DNA from: Squalus acanthias
Lineage: Eukaryota
Assembly: GCA_030390025.1 (NCBI GenBank)
Contig: CM059432.1
Span: 114,578,001-114,642,000, forward strand
Direction of reading: 5' to 3'
Length of the DNA stretch: 64,000 nucleotides
Shown: positions 62,980-64,000 of the stretch, piece by piece
Position numbering within the stretch: the first letter of the stretch is position 1
Layout of the letters: each line of letters starts with the position of its first letter
Position numbers and translations under genes: made by a program
The notes under the pieces: generated by a model
The model's database searches: none
What the model was told of the DNA's origin: nothing
Seen by the model: the letters and a program-made list of their open reading frames with translations, nothing else

Positions 62980-64000
62980 CTGATGATGAAGTACAAAAAT
63001 AAAAACCAGTGGCAATGCATTTAAAACAAAGGCATACAAAGATAAACCAAACACACAAAACAGAATAAAAGCAATAAATGATCAAAAATGGGATGTTTAT
63101 CACACTTTCAATTGCCAATATTATATATTTATACCATATATATATATATATATATATATAATAGCTATGAAGCAGGTATTTGTACTCAACATTTTTGCAC
63201 AATCAGGCTATTTGCCCAATATCACAAGATTCCCACTGTTATGTGTTGAGTTTTTTTTTCACAGAAAGGATTTTGGGATTTGAGTTAGGGTTAAACATTG
63301 TGTTTTAAAACAAAGTGAATTTATACAGGTTTAAAACCACTGGCTGGCAGGCATTGAAAATATGTATTGAAGCCAGAAGGGCCAATTTGTGGAATGCCAC
63401 AGATTATAGCCTATTTCAAATTTATACAATGAAGGTCAATGAACTCATCCTGAACCAGTTAGCCAGGATGCCACCCCCCCACCCCCCCCGCCATCCCATT
63501 CATTTTGAGAAAAGCAGGAGTTTTTCTCTTTAAACCCAGACCACAAGGGTGGAGGAAAACATCTGCAACACCCACATGGCATCAATACGTTTGATATTTC
63601 ATAAATAACTACCTAATTCTCTCCTTTTCATATGCCAGAAGAAATTTCAAGGGAGAAGCTGATAGTGGCAACATAGAATCTTGTTTTGTAATTGGTTTAC
63701 ATCAGAAATGCAAATCATCCTGTTTTATCACCGTCTGTTGCCTGCACTAAGGGGCAAATAAAATCATCTGTTGGTTAAAGATCATTCTTTCAACTTGCCT
63801 CAATCAGCAGACTCAGCAAGATATCATTGTTTCATTAGCTGCTTTAAATTCTTAACAAATGGAACAGTAGGTGTCCATGTAAGAATGATAATGTGGCAGT
63901 GTTAAAATATGTTACAGCACAAAGTGCTATACAGTGAAGTCAGTTCATGTGTTCAATAACCAATCTCAGTCATGCCAACATGGAGACATGCCACGATCAG

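Overview
Vertebrate nuclear DNA, most likely a shark or other elasmobranch (HE1-type V-SINE fragment, CR1/HER1-like LINEs, many GGGNNNNAAATT-ended Harbinger MITEs). The window appears to lie entirely inside the RIMS2 (RIM2) gene on the minus strand. Two exons are recognisable from known RIM2 sequence: 18330-18509, and 16562-16671, which carries the RQLPQLP RIM-BP-binding motif. Six more short, frame-preserving candidate cassette exons or microexons have matching splice phases. Bases 1-~13020 are a 49-bp tandem satellite (~265 units, running off the window edge) with higher-order duplications. Its unit matches the terminal inverted repeat of a MITE whose other end survives at 13099-13143, and the consensus unit carries overlapping forkhead and YY1 motifs. 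The introns also hold a full-length, lightly decayed PIF/Harbinger transposon (34145-38250) with a spliced Myb/SANT gene converging on a HARBI1-like DDE transposase. Other contents: three deleted or decayed Harbinger relatives, many Harbinger-type MITEs, a young Tc1/mariner(pogo)-type MITE, nested LINEs and G-rich minisatellites. All assignments come from reading the sequence and from memory of these families; no searches were run.
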